From Nemertoderma westbladi (lineage: Eukaryota; Animalia; Xenacoelomorpha): a stretch of DNA of 54,035 bases. A program made the position numbers and the translations under genes. The notes below the pieces were generated by a model. The model worked only from the letters and a program-made list of their open reading frames with translations, ran no database searches and was not told where the DNA came from. The stretch lies in contig JAUCBJ010007791.1 of the NCBI GenBank assembly GCA_032718475.1, positions 1 to 54,035 of the forward strand, read 5' to 3'. Shown here piece after piece: positions 13,936-23,568 of this stretch (position 1 is its first letter; each line of letters begins with the position of its first letter).

Positions 13936-14015
13936 TAGCTCAGTCGGTAGAGCGTTGGAAATTATATGTGTAGTAGGTATTGAGTTCGAATCCTAGTAAG
14001 TGCGAATTATTTTTT
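13936..14015 (+). ncRNA. tRNA-derived Pol III cassette in the 5' LTR U3 (not a functional tRNA)
   Basis: A-box/D-arm TAGCTCAGTCGGTAGAGC, B-box GAGTTCGAATCC, T6 terminator at 14010-14015. Anticodon and acceptor stems do not pair. Confidence 0.7.
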
Positions 14016-14072
14016 GTGCAGAATTTCAACTCATTTAAATTAACCGCTACAAATTAATTGCATTTATCTGTA

Positions 14073-14254
14073 CCAATGAGACTGTAGTTATTTGATTGTA
14101 ACCAATGTCGTGCAAGTTATATATTAGCTGGACCAATAGCTATCTTTAAAACCTTGTTAGAACCCATAGAACAATCGAGAATTTTCTCGATTGATTGCGG
14201 CACAAATTTGCTATAAAAGGGTGCGATTTGTTCATTAGTTATATTCTCTCAGTT
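14073..14254 (+). promoter_or_regulatory. Pol II promoter of element A
   Basis: CCAAT at 14073, 14102 and 14133 (~30-bp spacing, typical of NF-Y), TATAAAA at 14212, Inr-like TTAGTT/TCAGTT at 14235/14249. AATAAA follows at ~14328. Confidence 0.65.
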
Positions 14255-15940
14255 ATTCAGTTATCTGATATTTGTTTATTCTGTCATTAGTTTTCAGATT
14301 ACATTGTATTATAATTATATCTTCTGTAATAAAGTCAGAATTATCGCTAATCTGCTTTTCCTATCTGTTTTACTATGATTCACCACGGTGAACCCAACTA
14401 AGGGACAGGATGGCAGGCTAGAGATCGGGCCGCAGCAATGAACGGGAACATCACGGGAATGTAGACGAGAGACAACCCGCAATACCATCTAGAGTTATTC
14501 GCCCATCGCCTGAAAGGTTAGACAGCGTTCGATCCTTGCTACCTAAGTGTAAGACCAAAAGATCAAAAGGTAGAAGTAGTGACACGCTGTAAGCCTAAAA
14601 TTACATCTTAGGGACTGTACTGTCTTGATTCAGGAAAAACCGCAGTAGACCTTCATATTCCTACGGGGGAGGGAAGAGCGCAGGCAGATACTAGTACGCA
14701 GATAGGACGTAGGCACACCGGTACAAGGCATACAATTGGTTAGGGTGCAGCAAACTGTACGCTTAACTCTTGCTAAGTACAGGTGCGTGTGCGACTATTT
14801 GCAGTACGACAGTGTCCATTGCATTAGAACTTGTAGGCTAGGGGGGTTGCTGTGTTTTCACCTGAATTAGGATTGTACCGTTCAGGCGGTAGGGCAGTTT
14901 ACGTACTAGGCGCAAATAAATTGAGGCTATTAGGGATACTAACATCTACCGTGTCCCCGCCAACGCCCTAATAGGAAGTTACCCGGACTACCTGGGTGAC
15001 TAAAATTCTAGATAGGAGCCAGGATAGCTATTAGTACCCGTACGCCTACAGTAGTAAACTAACACATCTCTTCTTAGTATCAGGGACCTGGTACCTAAAA
15101 TTGCCGAATTCTGGGCGTAGTATTAACCTTATGCCTGAATTTGAGTCCTGGAAATACGCAAGAGGGGAAGGAACCTTATCATTCGTGAGTATTGGACCTA
15201 CAAGTTATAAAATTAGAATATTCGTAAAATGCACACCGTACCCAGTAATTATATATGTGAAGGAGCAAAACTGCTTTTGACCGTTCAGAATTAACACACG
15301 CGCGTTAGAAATTATTTACACCTCAAAATATATAAAATTAACTTTCGTCCTTACTGCACTTTGCTCGCTAGTTAGACATCTCCAAATATCTGCCTCTGTA
15401 CCTAGCTAGCGTCTCTTTGCCCAACCATATAAATCACACCGCGGCAAAGTATACGAGCCCTCTTAGTCCGTCAGTGAGTCAGCCTGATTTTAGGATTCGC
15501 TGCGCGGGATTTTGTTTTATCGAAGTTTGTCTGCTCGTAGACTGTTTTCTGCCTCACCGGTTATAAGAGATCGATACTGCAATATATTCGCTTACTTAGA
15601 GTTTACTGTTTTGGTGAGAAGGTCGGATTTATGATTTGATTTACAAACTTTACAGTAGGATATTGCAGGTATTGTTACCGTCTCTTCCAATAGTAGGAAT
15701 AGGCGTATCTCTTCAATTAGTAGGAATATGTTTTACTGAACTACGGTTCGGTAGGACTAAAGTTATTTGAAAATTTTGTATTTTGAGGTAAAAATTCGTA
15801 TTTGATTAGCTAAGCGCTAATTTTTTGAAATAAAATTTTGATTTGAACCGCGCGTAAAACATTTTGGAATTGAATACCGGTGTTTAAAAGGGTTTAAATA
15901 CCATATTGTACCGGTACAAAATTTTTCGTAAAAGTAAAAC

Positions 15941-15960
15941 CTAACTCTTTTGTTTTTCAG
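15941..15960 (+). promoter_or_regulatory. 3' splice acceptor in the leader of element A
   Basis: CTAAC branch point + TCTTTTGTTTTT + CAG. Confidence 0.55.
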
Positions 15961-16527
15961 GATTCAGAACTCATTTCTAGACTGTAACGGGAGCAAGACC
16001 GTGTTTTGCAAGTTTGGGAGATAGATAACTCAACAACTTTGGTTGAGAAAATCGCGTTTCGTCCGCAACGCTGGAAACGGAAAGGTTCACGTTCGGTTTG
16101 TATCTGGGAATCTGTTTTTCTGGAGAATTATTGGAGTGGGTGAGTTCGAAAAGTTGCATAAATAAGTTAGGCATTACCGTATTAGTTAAAATTATTGTGG
16201 GTTCCACTGTCTCAAGTATTTATGCATTCCGTATGATTTCTTTGTTCATTGCTGAATTAGTCCGTATTATTGTATTTAATTTACCTTTTGATAACGCATA
16301 TCGTTATCCGATTTATTTGTTATAAAATTGGCCGCTAGGCTAATTTTATTATATACTTATTCCGTGACATTTATTTGCTGTAAAATTGGCCGTTTAGGCT
16401 AATTTTATCCATCTGCTATAAAATCGGCCGGTAGGCTAATTTTATATGACTGTAATTAGTACCGTTTAGATAAATACGGTAAACTCGATACTTTGACACT
16501 CACTTTACTTGACTTACAACTACCAAA

Positions 16528-17256
16528 ATGAGTGACAAACAAGACTATACGAAGAATACACAAACCGACTATGACTCATGCGACGGAGATAAGTCAGCAG
16601 CGGAAGAACAACAGGGGAAGACTCGCGAGCCTACCGAACCTACACCGTGTGCGTCACCAGTACATCCAACGGGAGTACCGGATGCCGTAGTACGAGGCGA
16701 CGGCAGGACCGAGGACTTTCTAACTGTTCCGCAACCTAGATACAGGGAAACGGACATGGTAAGTTCAGCAGGAAGTCAGGAAAGCGTTGTTAGGAGCGTT
16801 GGTGGATACATGGCGCATATTACCAGGAGTATTGGAGAAGGCCAATGCATATTAGACGGGTTGACCGCTCCGATGTCTCGATTCGAGTTCTACACCCTCC
16901 AGGTTAGAGTACAGAGTAAAGTATATAAGTCCGTAGATAATCTAGTTGGCCTACAAGATCTAGCTAGACAGAGACAGGACATGGATACTCAACTTAGAAT
17001 CCTCGAGAAACTAATGATCGCTAGAGAGAAACTGATTCAGTTTAAGTCGACGATTAGACAGATACAACAGGAACAAGCGGACCAGTTGTTAGGTGAGTCA
17101 GTTTCGGACGAATTATTACAGCCCGAGGAAGAACAGGAACTGTACCGACTGGATGGACAATTGAAACATCTGACGGACCACTTACGTATGTGCGGCGAGG
17201 ATGTCGGAGATTGGGAAACCGTGCCGGAATATACGAGGGAAACTTCACTCGCATAA
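16528..17256 (+). CDS. N-terminal part of Gag (242 aa), in frame with 17293-23568 across a single TAA
   Basis: Same frame as the downstream ORF. The 12 codons between the stop and 17293 are open. Good Kozak context (AAAATGA). Confidence 0.65.
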   Translation: MSDKQDYTKNTQTDYDSCDGDKSAAEEQQGKTREPTEPTPCASPVHPTGVPDAVVRGDGRTEDFLTVPQPRYRETDMVSSAGSQESVVRSVGGYMAHITRSIGEGQCILDGLTAPMSRFEFYTLQVRVQSKVYKSVDNLVGLQDLARQRQDMDTQLRILEKLMIAREKLIQFKSTIRQIQQEQADQLLGESVSDELLQPEEEQELYRLDGQLKHLTDHLRMCGEDVGDWETVPEYTRETSLA

Positions 17257-17292
17257 ATCGAATCGGCACCGGGAATACTGGATCAATTACTG

Positions 17293-20200
17293 GTGAGTAT
17301 TCGCAGCGAAATTGGCGAGGTGAGTATGGCTACGTCAGAAATTGCTCGACAACAGCAGATCTACAGACAACAACAGGAGTGGGAGGAACAAACTCAATTA
17401 CTAATGGCACAAGTAGCAGCAGAAGAAGAGAAATTACGCGTTGCGAATGTTGCGAGAATCTCTCACCTGCAAGAACAAGCTGAGTTGGAAGTAGCCGAAA
17501 TGGAAAGGTTAGAGTTGGACATTGCACAACAAGCGGCAGCGGCCGAGTTAGCGCAACGAACGGCAGCAGCCGAGTTAGAGCGACAAGCGGCAGCGGCCGA
17601 GTTAGAGCGACAAGCGGCAGCGGCCGAGTTAGAGCGACAAGCGGCAGCGGCAGCGGCAGCGTCCGAGTTAGAGCGACAAAGGTTAGCTTCAGAAGCGAGA
17701 ACCGAAATGAAAAAACGGCAAATAAAGGCTCAATCAGCGATACGACAAGCGGAGTTCGAGGCGCAACAACAACAAACGGAACAACGCGAGAAAGAAGTTA
17801 AACTTCGTTTTGAACTCGAGAAGAAGGCGAGAGAATTAGCCAACGCCAAGGAAGATCTGGATCTACAAGCCCGCGATCGATCAATGAGATCTCTTGACGG
17901 ACATGACTTGGACCAGATAGAGGTAAGACATCGCCAAATTCAGGAACGGAAGAAGGAAGGAAGCGTAGGAGCACCCGGACGGGAACGACAATTAGTAAAG
18001 GACTTGTGTCAACGATTCCCACAGGTAACTCATATGTTTGCACCGGTTACGACTAAGGAACCTGTTTCGATTGCGGGTAGTAGTAACATTTCTCCTATCC
18101 ATGGTGCGACGGAACACAGGTTTGTTATTCCGGACGAGTTTACACCGCCAAGAGCAACGTCGTCGCCTATTCCGAAAGTCAAGGTAAGTAACCCACCGAT
18201 TACAGATCGTAGTAGTTTGTTGACTGGACCTGCACTACTGACGACTAAACAGGTGAGTCCACCGTCGACACCTAAACCCGTTACACACTACGCTTACCCA
18301 ATGACGTTTAGGCCTACAAGGCCTTTAGATTCAAACGCTGTCACTCGACCACCGGTTCAGTTTACATCGCAATCTACGACTTTGAGGAAGACTTGTGAGC
18401 CTACCGAACAACGGAGAACAGTGGACGATGTTCCGAAACGAAACATTAGAATTCGAACGACACAACGGACGCGAGCACGTCGACCACCATATCCAGATGA
18501 TAGTAGTACTTCGAGCGAATCGGATTATCCGAAACGCGAGGTATTTAGAACAGGGGCGGCCGATGAATATAAACGCGAGCGTTCAGACAACTCCTTTGTA
18601 GACAATCCTCCACAGAATACACCGACACAGAAGGCGTTACCACCAGCGGGCGCGATCGGTGCACAACAGTTCGCCGACATTGTCAACAAGTTGGCCCGGA
18701 TTGAGGAACGTCTGGAGGAAGGTTACACCGACAGTTCGAGAAATTCCGAATTCGAACACAATAGACACCCGAAGGAACCACAAAGACCGGTACCTTCAAA
18801 ACATACATCGTATCAGGGAAAAGCGCCAAGAAGGGAGAACATCAACCAGGTTACCAACCAAGGACGCGAAACTCTGAACGTTGCCGAGGAGATAGCGAAA
18901 TTCGCAGCCAGACAGGGATTGCCGGTACAACAACCACCGAAGTTTTCCGGTAGCTCAAAACACTGGCATACTTTCGTAGACTATATCGAATCCCAGATCG
19001 CCGTGTGCGCCTTTACATCACGGGAGAAGTTCAATTACCTGCTCCAAACGTTGTCAGGAGAACCTAAACGTTTGGCAGAGACCTTCGTTGGTGTACCGGA
19101 CGCCTTTGAACTAGCGTACGATCGTTTAACTTCGATATACGGAGGTACAGTTAGTATGGCCAGGTCAGTAATAGAGGAACTCTGTAAGGGAGGGGCTATC
19201 ACTAAACCCGTCGACTTATTAAAACTAGCTGACGAGATAAGGAACGCTATCACTACTTTAAGATCCATTGGACAACTTGACTACGGGAATACCCCTACAG
19301 TCCTATTAAAGATCATAGGACGACTCCACCATCGACTTCGTCGGGAGTGGAGAAAGGTCGAATACCAGCGAGAAGAGCGGGGAGGATTCTTAAAATTAGA
19401 AGATGTGTACCTTTTAATATCCAGGGAGGCAGTAGTAGAAACTCGATCTAACTACACTGACCAGCACATCGTGGCAGAAGGAATCACATTGCCATCCTCC
19501 AACCGACAAAAACCCCAGACAACATCCACTAAGACGGCCACTTACACCACACCGACGGAATCACGACAATTCTCGGACGGTAGTAGGGTATCTGCGCCCA
19601 TTGGGACAAAACAGACGAGACAGCAACTTGGTACCGACTTCAGTGGCTGCCAATACTGCGAGCATTTAGGCAAGCGGTATATCGGTCACAAGTTACGAGG
19701 TTGTCGACAATTTCGCGAGTTGAACTCGGAAGAACGACGGCTGCAGATACGGCCACTGGACTCTTGTTGGCGGTGTACGCGACACGGACACGTCCGTAAA
19801 GATTGCCCAAATACCGACACTTGTCCATCCTGTGGACGCAACCACGACGGTCTGCTCCACACAGACAGCCACACACCGACAAAACGCTTCGCCAGGGAAC
19901 ACCCGGAAGCAGCAGCGAGATGTGATGCGGCCTACCAAAAACGAGAATCGAAAACGACTCCAACCTTCGTGACCCATATTGAGGATTGCTTCTCAGAACA
20001 ATCCGGATCGTCGGACGAAGAGTTAGAAGACGACGACGAATATTCCAATGGAGACGAACAACCGTCGATCGCGCTTCTGACTACTGACCAACTGAAGGGA
20101 TTCAGTGTAATTCCGATTAAGATTACTGGCACAAAGGGGAGCAAAAGAATCTACGCGATTCTAGATTCAGCCTCATCTCATAGCTACGTGGATGAAAAGA

Positions 20201-23200
20201 TAGCTGACGTAGTGACGGATCTTAAACAAGGTAAGCGCGTCAGTTATACCGTAAGTAGTATGCACGGACAGCGTGCAATACCAGTGACACGAGTCAAGTT
20301 AAACTTAGACTCTCTTCTTCCGAAATCACAACACAGCGAGAGGGAGAGGTCTTTGTTACCCTTTAAAGATCTAACCTTTGCGGCCACGAAGGACTTTAGT
20401 AACCTACTAGGTCCAGTGCCGGAACAATCTCTAGAGGACCGTAAGTATTTCAGACACCTTGGTGTACCCGAATGTCCTGTCAATTATAGATCGGTAGCCA
20501 TGCTGATCGGGACAGACCAATTCAACCTACATCAGGTGTGGGAAACTAGACCATCGGCAGTAGTAGCGGGAAACGCATACGCCTGCAGAACGCCGATAGG
20601 GTGGTATACTCGAGCGCCTGTGCGCACACTAGACGTAAGTGACGAGGAAGACGATGTACAGAGTACATGTAGTTTATTAACTACAAATTCAATTCATTCC
20701 TTTTCACACGACGTGAACCATACTACACTACAGTCGACAAAACATGACAGACGTGTAACTAGTATGATAAGTCACAAGGAGCAGCTAACCCACCAGGTGA
20801 GTTTAAAACTTGGGGAGAAGACGAGTCAGCTAGAGATTTCATCGACGACAGATGATAGGCTTGCGAGTCTACCTACCCCAATAACCTCAACAGTGCCCGT
20901 CGATATCGATGATGACGCGTTGAGAAATCATCAGTTGGAACAGGCCGCATTGGACAAAGAATTAACGGAGAAGACTATCAGGTGGTTAGAACAAGATACA
21001 GCTGAACCTGGTAGCTACGAACCTTGTATGTCGGAACAGGAGAAACAATCTCTGAAGATCATGGAAGATACTATCCGACAGACGGAAGACGGACATTATG
21101 AGGTGGGGATGTTATGGCGTAGCCAAAGTCCTAAACTTATAAACAACTACCCACTGGCTTTAAGACGTCTACACTCAATCCGACAGCGTCTATTAAAGGA
21201 CGAGAAAGCCCATCTGCAGTACAACACTCAGATGGAGACGTATTTGACCAAGGGATACGCTATCCGAATGACTAACCCGGAGATAGTGACTGACCAAACA
21301 TATTACTTGCCACATCACTATGTGAGACACCCCGACAAACCAGATAAAGTACGCGTAGTCAATGACTGTGCGGCTCTGTTTGAGGGAATGTCCCTCAATA
21401 GTGAGTTGATGGATGGACCAAACATGAATAATTATCTTATGGGGGTGATTATGCGCTTCCGTCAGCGTCAAGTAGCCTTTACTTGCGACGTTGAAGCGAT
21501 GTTTCACCAAGTGAAAGCGTTAGAGCGAGACAGAGACAGTTTGCGGTTCCTCTGGTATCCGGAAGGAGACTTAAGTCTACCACCAGCGACTTACCAAATG
21601 CAAGTTCGCGTTTTCGGTGCCAGAGACAGCCCAAATTGCACGATGTACGCCCTAAAGCAGGCCGCTAGGGATCAGAAACATCTATATGACCCAGAGATAA
21701 TTAAAATCGTAGAACGTGACTTTTATGTAGACGACGGTTTACAGAGTTGCGACACAGTAGAACGTGCTACAACAGTAGCACATCAATTACGGGACTGCTT
21801 AGCGGGCGGAGGTTTTAACCTCACCAAATTCGCCTCAAACAGTGCCGAATTAGTAGACTCATTCGGGACGACTGAGCGTGGAGGTGGTGACATAGACCTA
21901 GAGTTCGAACCACTACCGACGACTAAGGTGTTGGGGCTCTTTTGGGACCCAAACACAGACAACTTTCGAGTGAAAGTGAGACTGGACAGTCAAGAGAACA
22001 CACTGACAAAGAGATCATGCTTGTCAAAATTGAGCCGATTGTTCGATCCGTTAGGATTCATCAGTCCAGTGATACTGCAAGCCCGCATTTATATGCGCAG
22101 TATATGGAAGGATGGACTAACATGGGACGAGCCGATCTCATCAGACCAAGTGGACTTATGGAAGACCTGGGAGGCGGAATTATCTTCGCTAGAGGATTAT
22201 TCCATACCCAGGGTTTACTTTCCATTACAAAGTACATTTCCTGACAACTTGGAACTACACTGTTTTTCTGACGCCAGTGACAACGGTTTTGGTGTGGCAG
22301 CGTACTTGCGCAGACAAGTAGAATCAGACGAGTTCGATGTTTCGCTCATTACTTCTAAGGCTAAGACCATGCCTACTAAGTATATGACGACACCACGAGC
22401 CGAGCTACAAGCCGCAACCCTGTCAACCACCATCGTGAACCTCATACAGACAGAACTACAGTCGAGTTTACAGATATTTTATTGGACTGACGCGACGTTG
22501 GTTTTATTTTACATAAACAACGACACACTCGAATTCAAGACATTCGTAGCTAACCGTCGCGCGGAAATTCTAGACCGTTCAATAAAAGAGGATTGGCGAC
22601 ATTGTCCCGGACCACAAAACCCAGCTGATATTGCGTCGCGAGGAATGATGCCTGAGGAATTCTGTAAACCGGAGAACAAAGAATTTTGGCAACACGGACC
22701 CCAATTCTTGCAGAAATCGACACAAGATTGGCCTCCGTTATACGACAACAAATCTAACACTATCCCTAAGGACGCCGAAATCAAGAAACCAAAAAAGGGG
22801 AAGGCAAAGAAAAGGACGACGGCGGCAAAACTCAAGAAAAAACCGAAGGCGAAATGGAAAGATATAACTTCAAAGGTCAAGAGAGGAAGACTTGCGAGCC
22901 TTTCTACACCAGACATATCGCCAGACGGTCAACCAGACACGTTACTAGACGGTCAACCGGACGTTTTGCCAGACATGTCACAAAATGTTCCACCAGACAC
23001 TAGTAACACATTGACAAATAGTAAAGCCGCAGTTTCCCTATTGGAGCGGTCTTCTATTGACAAACAACCAGATACGTTACCAGACGTATCGCCAGACACA
23101 TTACTAGACAGTCGACTAGACATTTTGTCAGAAACATCACAAAATGTTCTACCGGCCATTAGTAATGTATCGACTAACAGTAAAGCCGCAGTTTCCCTAT

Positions 23201-23568
23201 TGGAGCGGCCTTGTATTGACAAACTACCAATTTTGACACACTTGAGCAACCATAAGCACGGTGAAACCTCATGTATTACAGATGTGGGTAGTACCTACGC
23301 TAATGTAAATACAGGTGTTACTTTGCGCTCAAGAGACATACCGAACTTGCAACCTATGGTGAAACCTGGGATTAATATCGGCAGAAAAATAAGTTTACCG
23401 AAACCTGCTGACCCCATAGAGTTCAAACCACCATTAACGATCGACTTACAAAGTACTGACAATCAAGGTAAGAAGACAAAGCAATTACAACAACATATTA
23501 CTTGTAGACCCGGACGGATCAACAGTCAACAAGGGAATACCTACCGGCGGACCCGTGGGCCCTTCTAG
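17293..23568 (+). CDS. gag-pol: BEL/Pao Gag-protease-RT-RNase H polyprotein
   Basis: Coiled-coil (AAAAELERQ)n; PPKFSG capsid-like (DUF1759-type) region; knuckles CQYC..H..C, CWRCTRHGHVRKDC, CPSCGRNH..LLH; protease ILDSAS; RT DVEAMF and FYVDD; RNase H FSDAS, PRAEL, WTDA, NPADIASRG. Confidence 0.95.
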   Translation: MSIRSEIGEVSMATSEIARQQQIYRQQQEWEEQTQLLMAQVAAEEEKLRVANVARISHLQEQAELEVAEMERLELDIAQQAAAAELAQRTAAAELERQAAAAELERQAAAAELERQAAAAAAASELERQRLASEARTEMKKRQIKAQSAIRQAEFEAQQQQTEQREKEVKLRFELEKKARELANAKEDLDLQARDRSMRSLDGHDLDQIEVRHRQIQERKKEGSVGAPGRERQLVKDLCQRFPQVTHMFAPVTTKEPVSIAGSSNISPIHGATEHRFVIPDEFTPPRATSSPIPKVKVSNPPITDRSSLLTGPALLTTKQVSPPSTPKPVTHYAYPMTFRPTRPLDSNAVTRPPVQFTSQSTTLRKTCEPTEQRRTVDDVPKRNIRIRTTQRTRARRPPYPDDSSTSSESDYPKREVFRTGAADEYKRERSDNSFVDNPPQNTPTQKALPPAGAIGAQQFADIVNKLARIEERLEEGYTDSSRNSEFEHNRHPKEPQRPVPSKHTSYQGKAPRRENINQVTNQGRETLNVAEEIAKFAARQGLPVQQPPKFSGSSKHWHTFVDYIESQIAVCAFTSREKFNYLLQTLSGEPKRLAETFVGVPDAFELAYDRLTSIYGGTVSMARSVIEELCKGGAITKPVDLLKLADEIRNAITTLRSIGQLDYGNTPTVLLKIIGRLHHRLRREWRKVEYQREERGGFLKLEDVYLLISREAVVETRSNYTDQHIVAEGITLPSSNRQKPQTTSTKTATYTTPTESRQFSDGSRVSAPIGTKQTRQQLGTDFSGCQYCEHLGKRYIGHKLRGCRQFRELNSEERRLQIRPLDSCWRCTRHGHVRKDCPNTDTCPSCGRNHDGLLHTDSHTPTKRFAREHPEAAARCDAAYQKRESKTTPTFVTHIEDCFSEQSGSSDEELEDDDEYSNGDEQPSIALLTTDQLKGFSVIPIKITGTKGSKRIYAILDSASSHSYVDEKIADVVTDLKQGKRVSYTVSSMHGQRAIPVTRVKLNLDSLLPKSQHSERERSLLPFKDLTFAATKDFSNLLGPVPEQSLEDRKYFRHLGVPECPVNYRSVAMLIGTDQFNLHQVWETRPSAVVAGNAYACRTPIGWYTRAPVRTLDVSDEEDDVQSTCSLLTTNSIHSFSHDVNHTTLQSTKHDRRVTSMISHKEQLTHQVSLKLGEKTSQLEISSTTDDRLASLPTPITSTVPVDIDDDALRNHQLEQAALDKELTEKTIRWLEQDTAEPGSYEPCMSEQEKQSLKIMEDTIRQTEDGHYEVGMLWRSQSPKLINNYPLALRRLHSIRQRLLKDEKAHLQYNTQMETYLTKGYAIRMTNPEIVTDQTYYLPHHYVRHPDKPDKVRVVNDCAALFEGMSLNSELMDGPNMNNYLMGVIMRFRQRQVAFTCDVEAMFHQVKALERDRDSLRFLWYPEGDLSLPPATYQMQVRVFGARDSPNCTMYALKQAARDQKHLYDPEIIKIVERDFYVDDGLQSCDTVERATTVAHQLRDCLAGGGFNLTKFASNSAELVDSFGTTERGGGDIDLEFEPLPTTKVLGLFWDPNTDNFRVKVRLDSQENTLTKRSCLSKLSRLFDPLGFISPVILQARIYMRSIWKDGLTWDEPISSDQVDLWKTWEAELSSLEDYSIPRVYFPLQSTFPDNLELHCFSDASDNGFGVAAYLRRQVESDEFDVSLITSKAKTMPTKYMTTPRAELQAATLSTTIVNLIQTELQSSLQIFYWTDATLVLFYINNDTLEFKTFVANRRAEILDRSIKEDWRHCPGPQNPADIASRGMMPEEFCKPENKEFWQHGPQFLQKSTQDWPPLYDNKSNTIPKDAEIKKPKKGKAKKRTTAAKLKKKPKAKWKDITSKVKRGRLASLSTPDISPDGQPDTLLDGQPDVLPDMSQNVPPDTSNTLTNSKAAVSLLERSSIDKQPDTLPDVSPDTLLDSRLDILSETSQNVLPAISNVSTNSKAAVSLLERPCIDKLPILTHLSNHKHGETSCITDVGSTYANVNTGVTLRSRDIPNLQPMVKPGINIGRKISLPKPADPIEFKPPLTIDLQSTDNQGKKTKQLQQHITCRPGRINSQQGNTYRRTRGPF

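Larger units (their letters stand above)
13936..15720 (+). repeat. 5' LTR of element A (5'-truncated; true 3' end beyond 15720, possibly ...CGCGTAAAACA at 15861)
   Basis: Matches 39894-41675. Contains a tRNA-like A/B box, three CCAAT boxes, TATA and AATAAA. Confidence 0.85.

Noticed and set aside
15612-15630. TGGTGAGAAGGTCGGATT as PBS of A
   Set aside because: Not preceded by CA, present in both repeats, and not a tRNA end I can identify.
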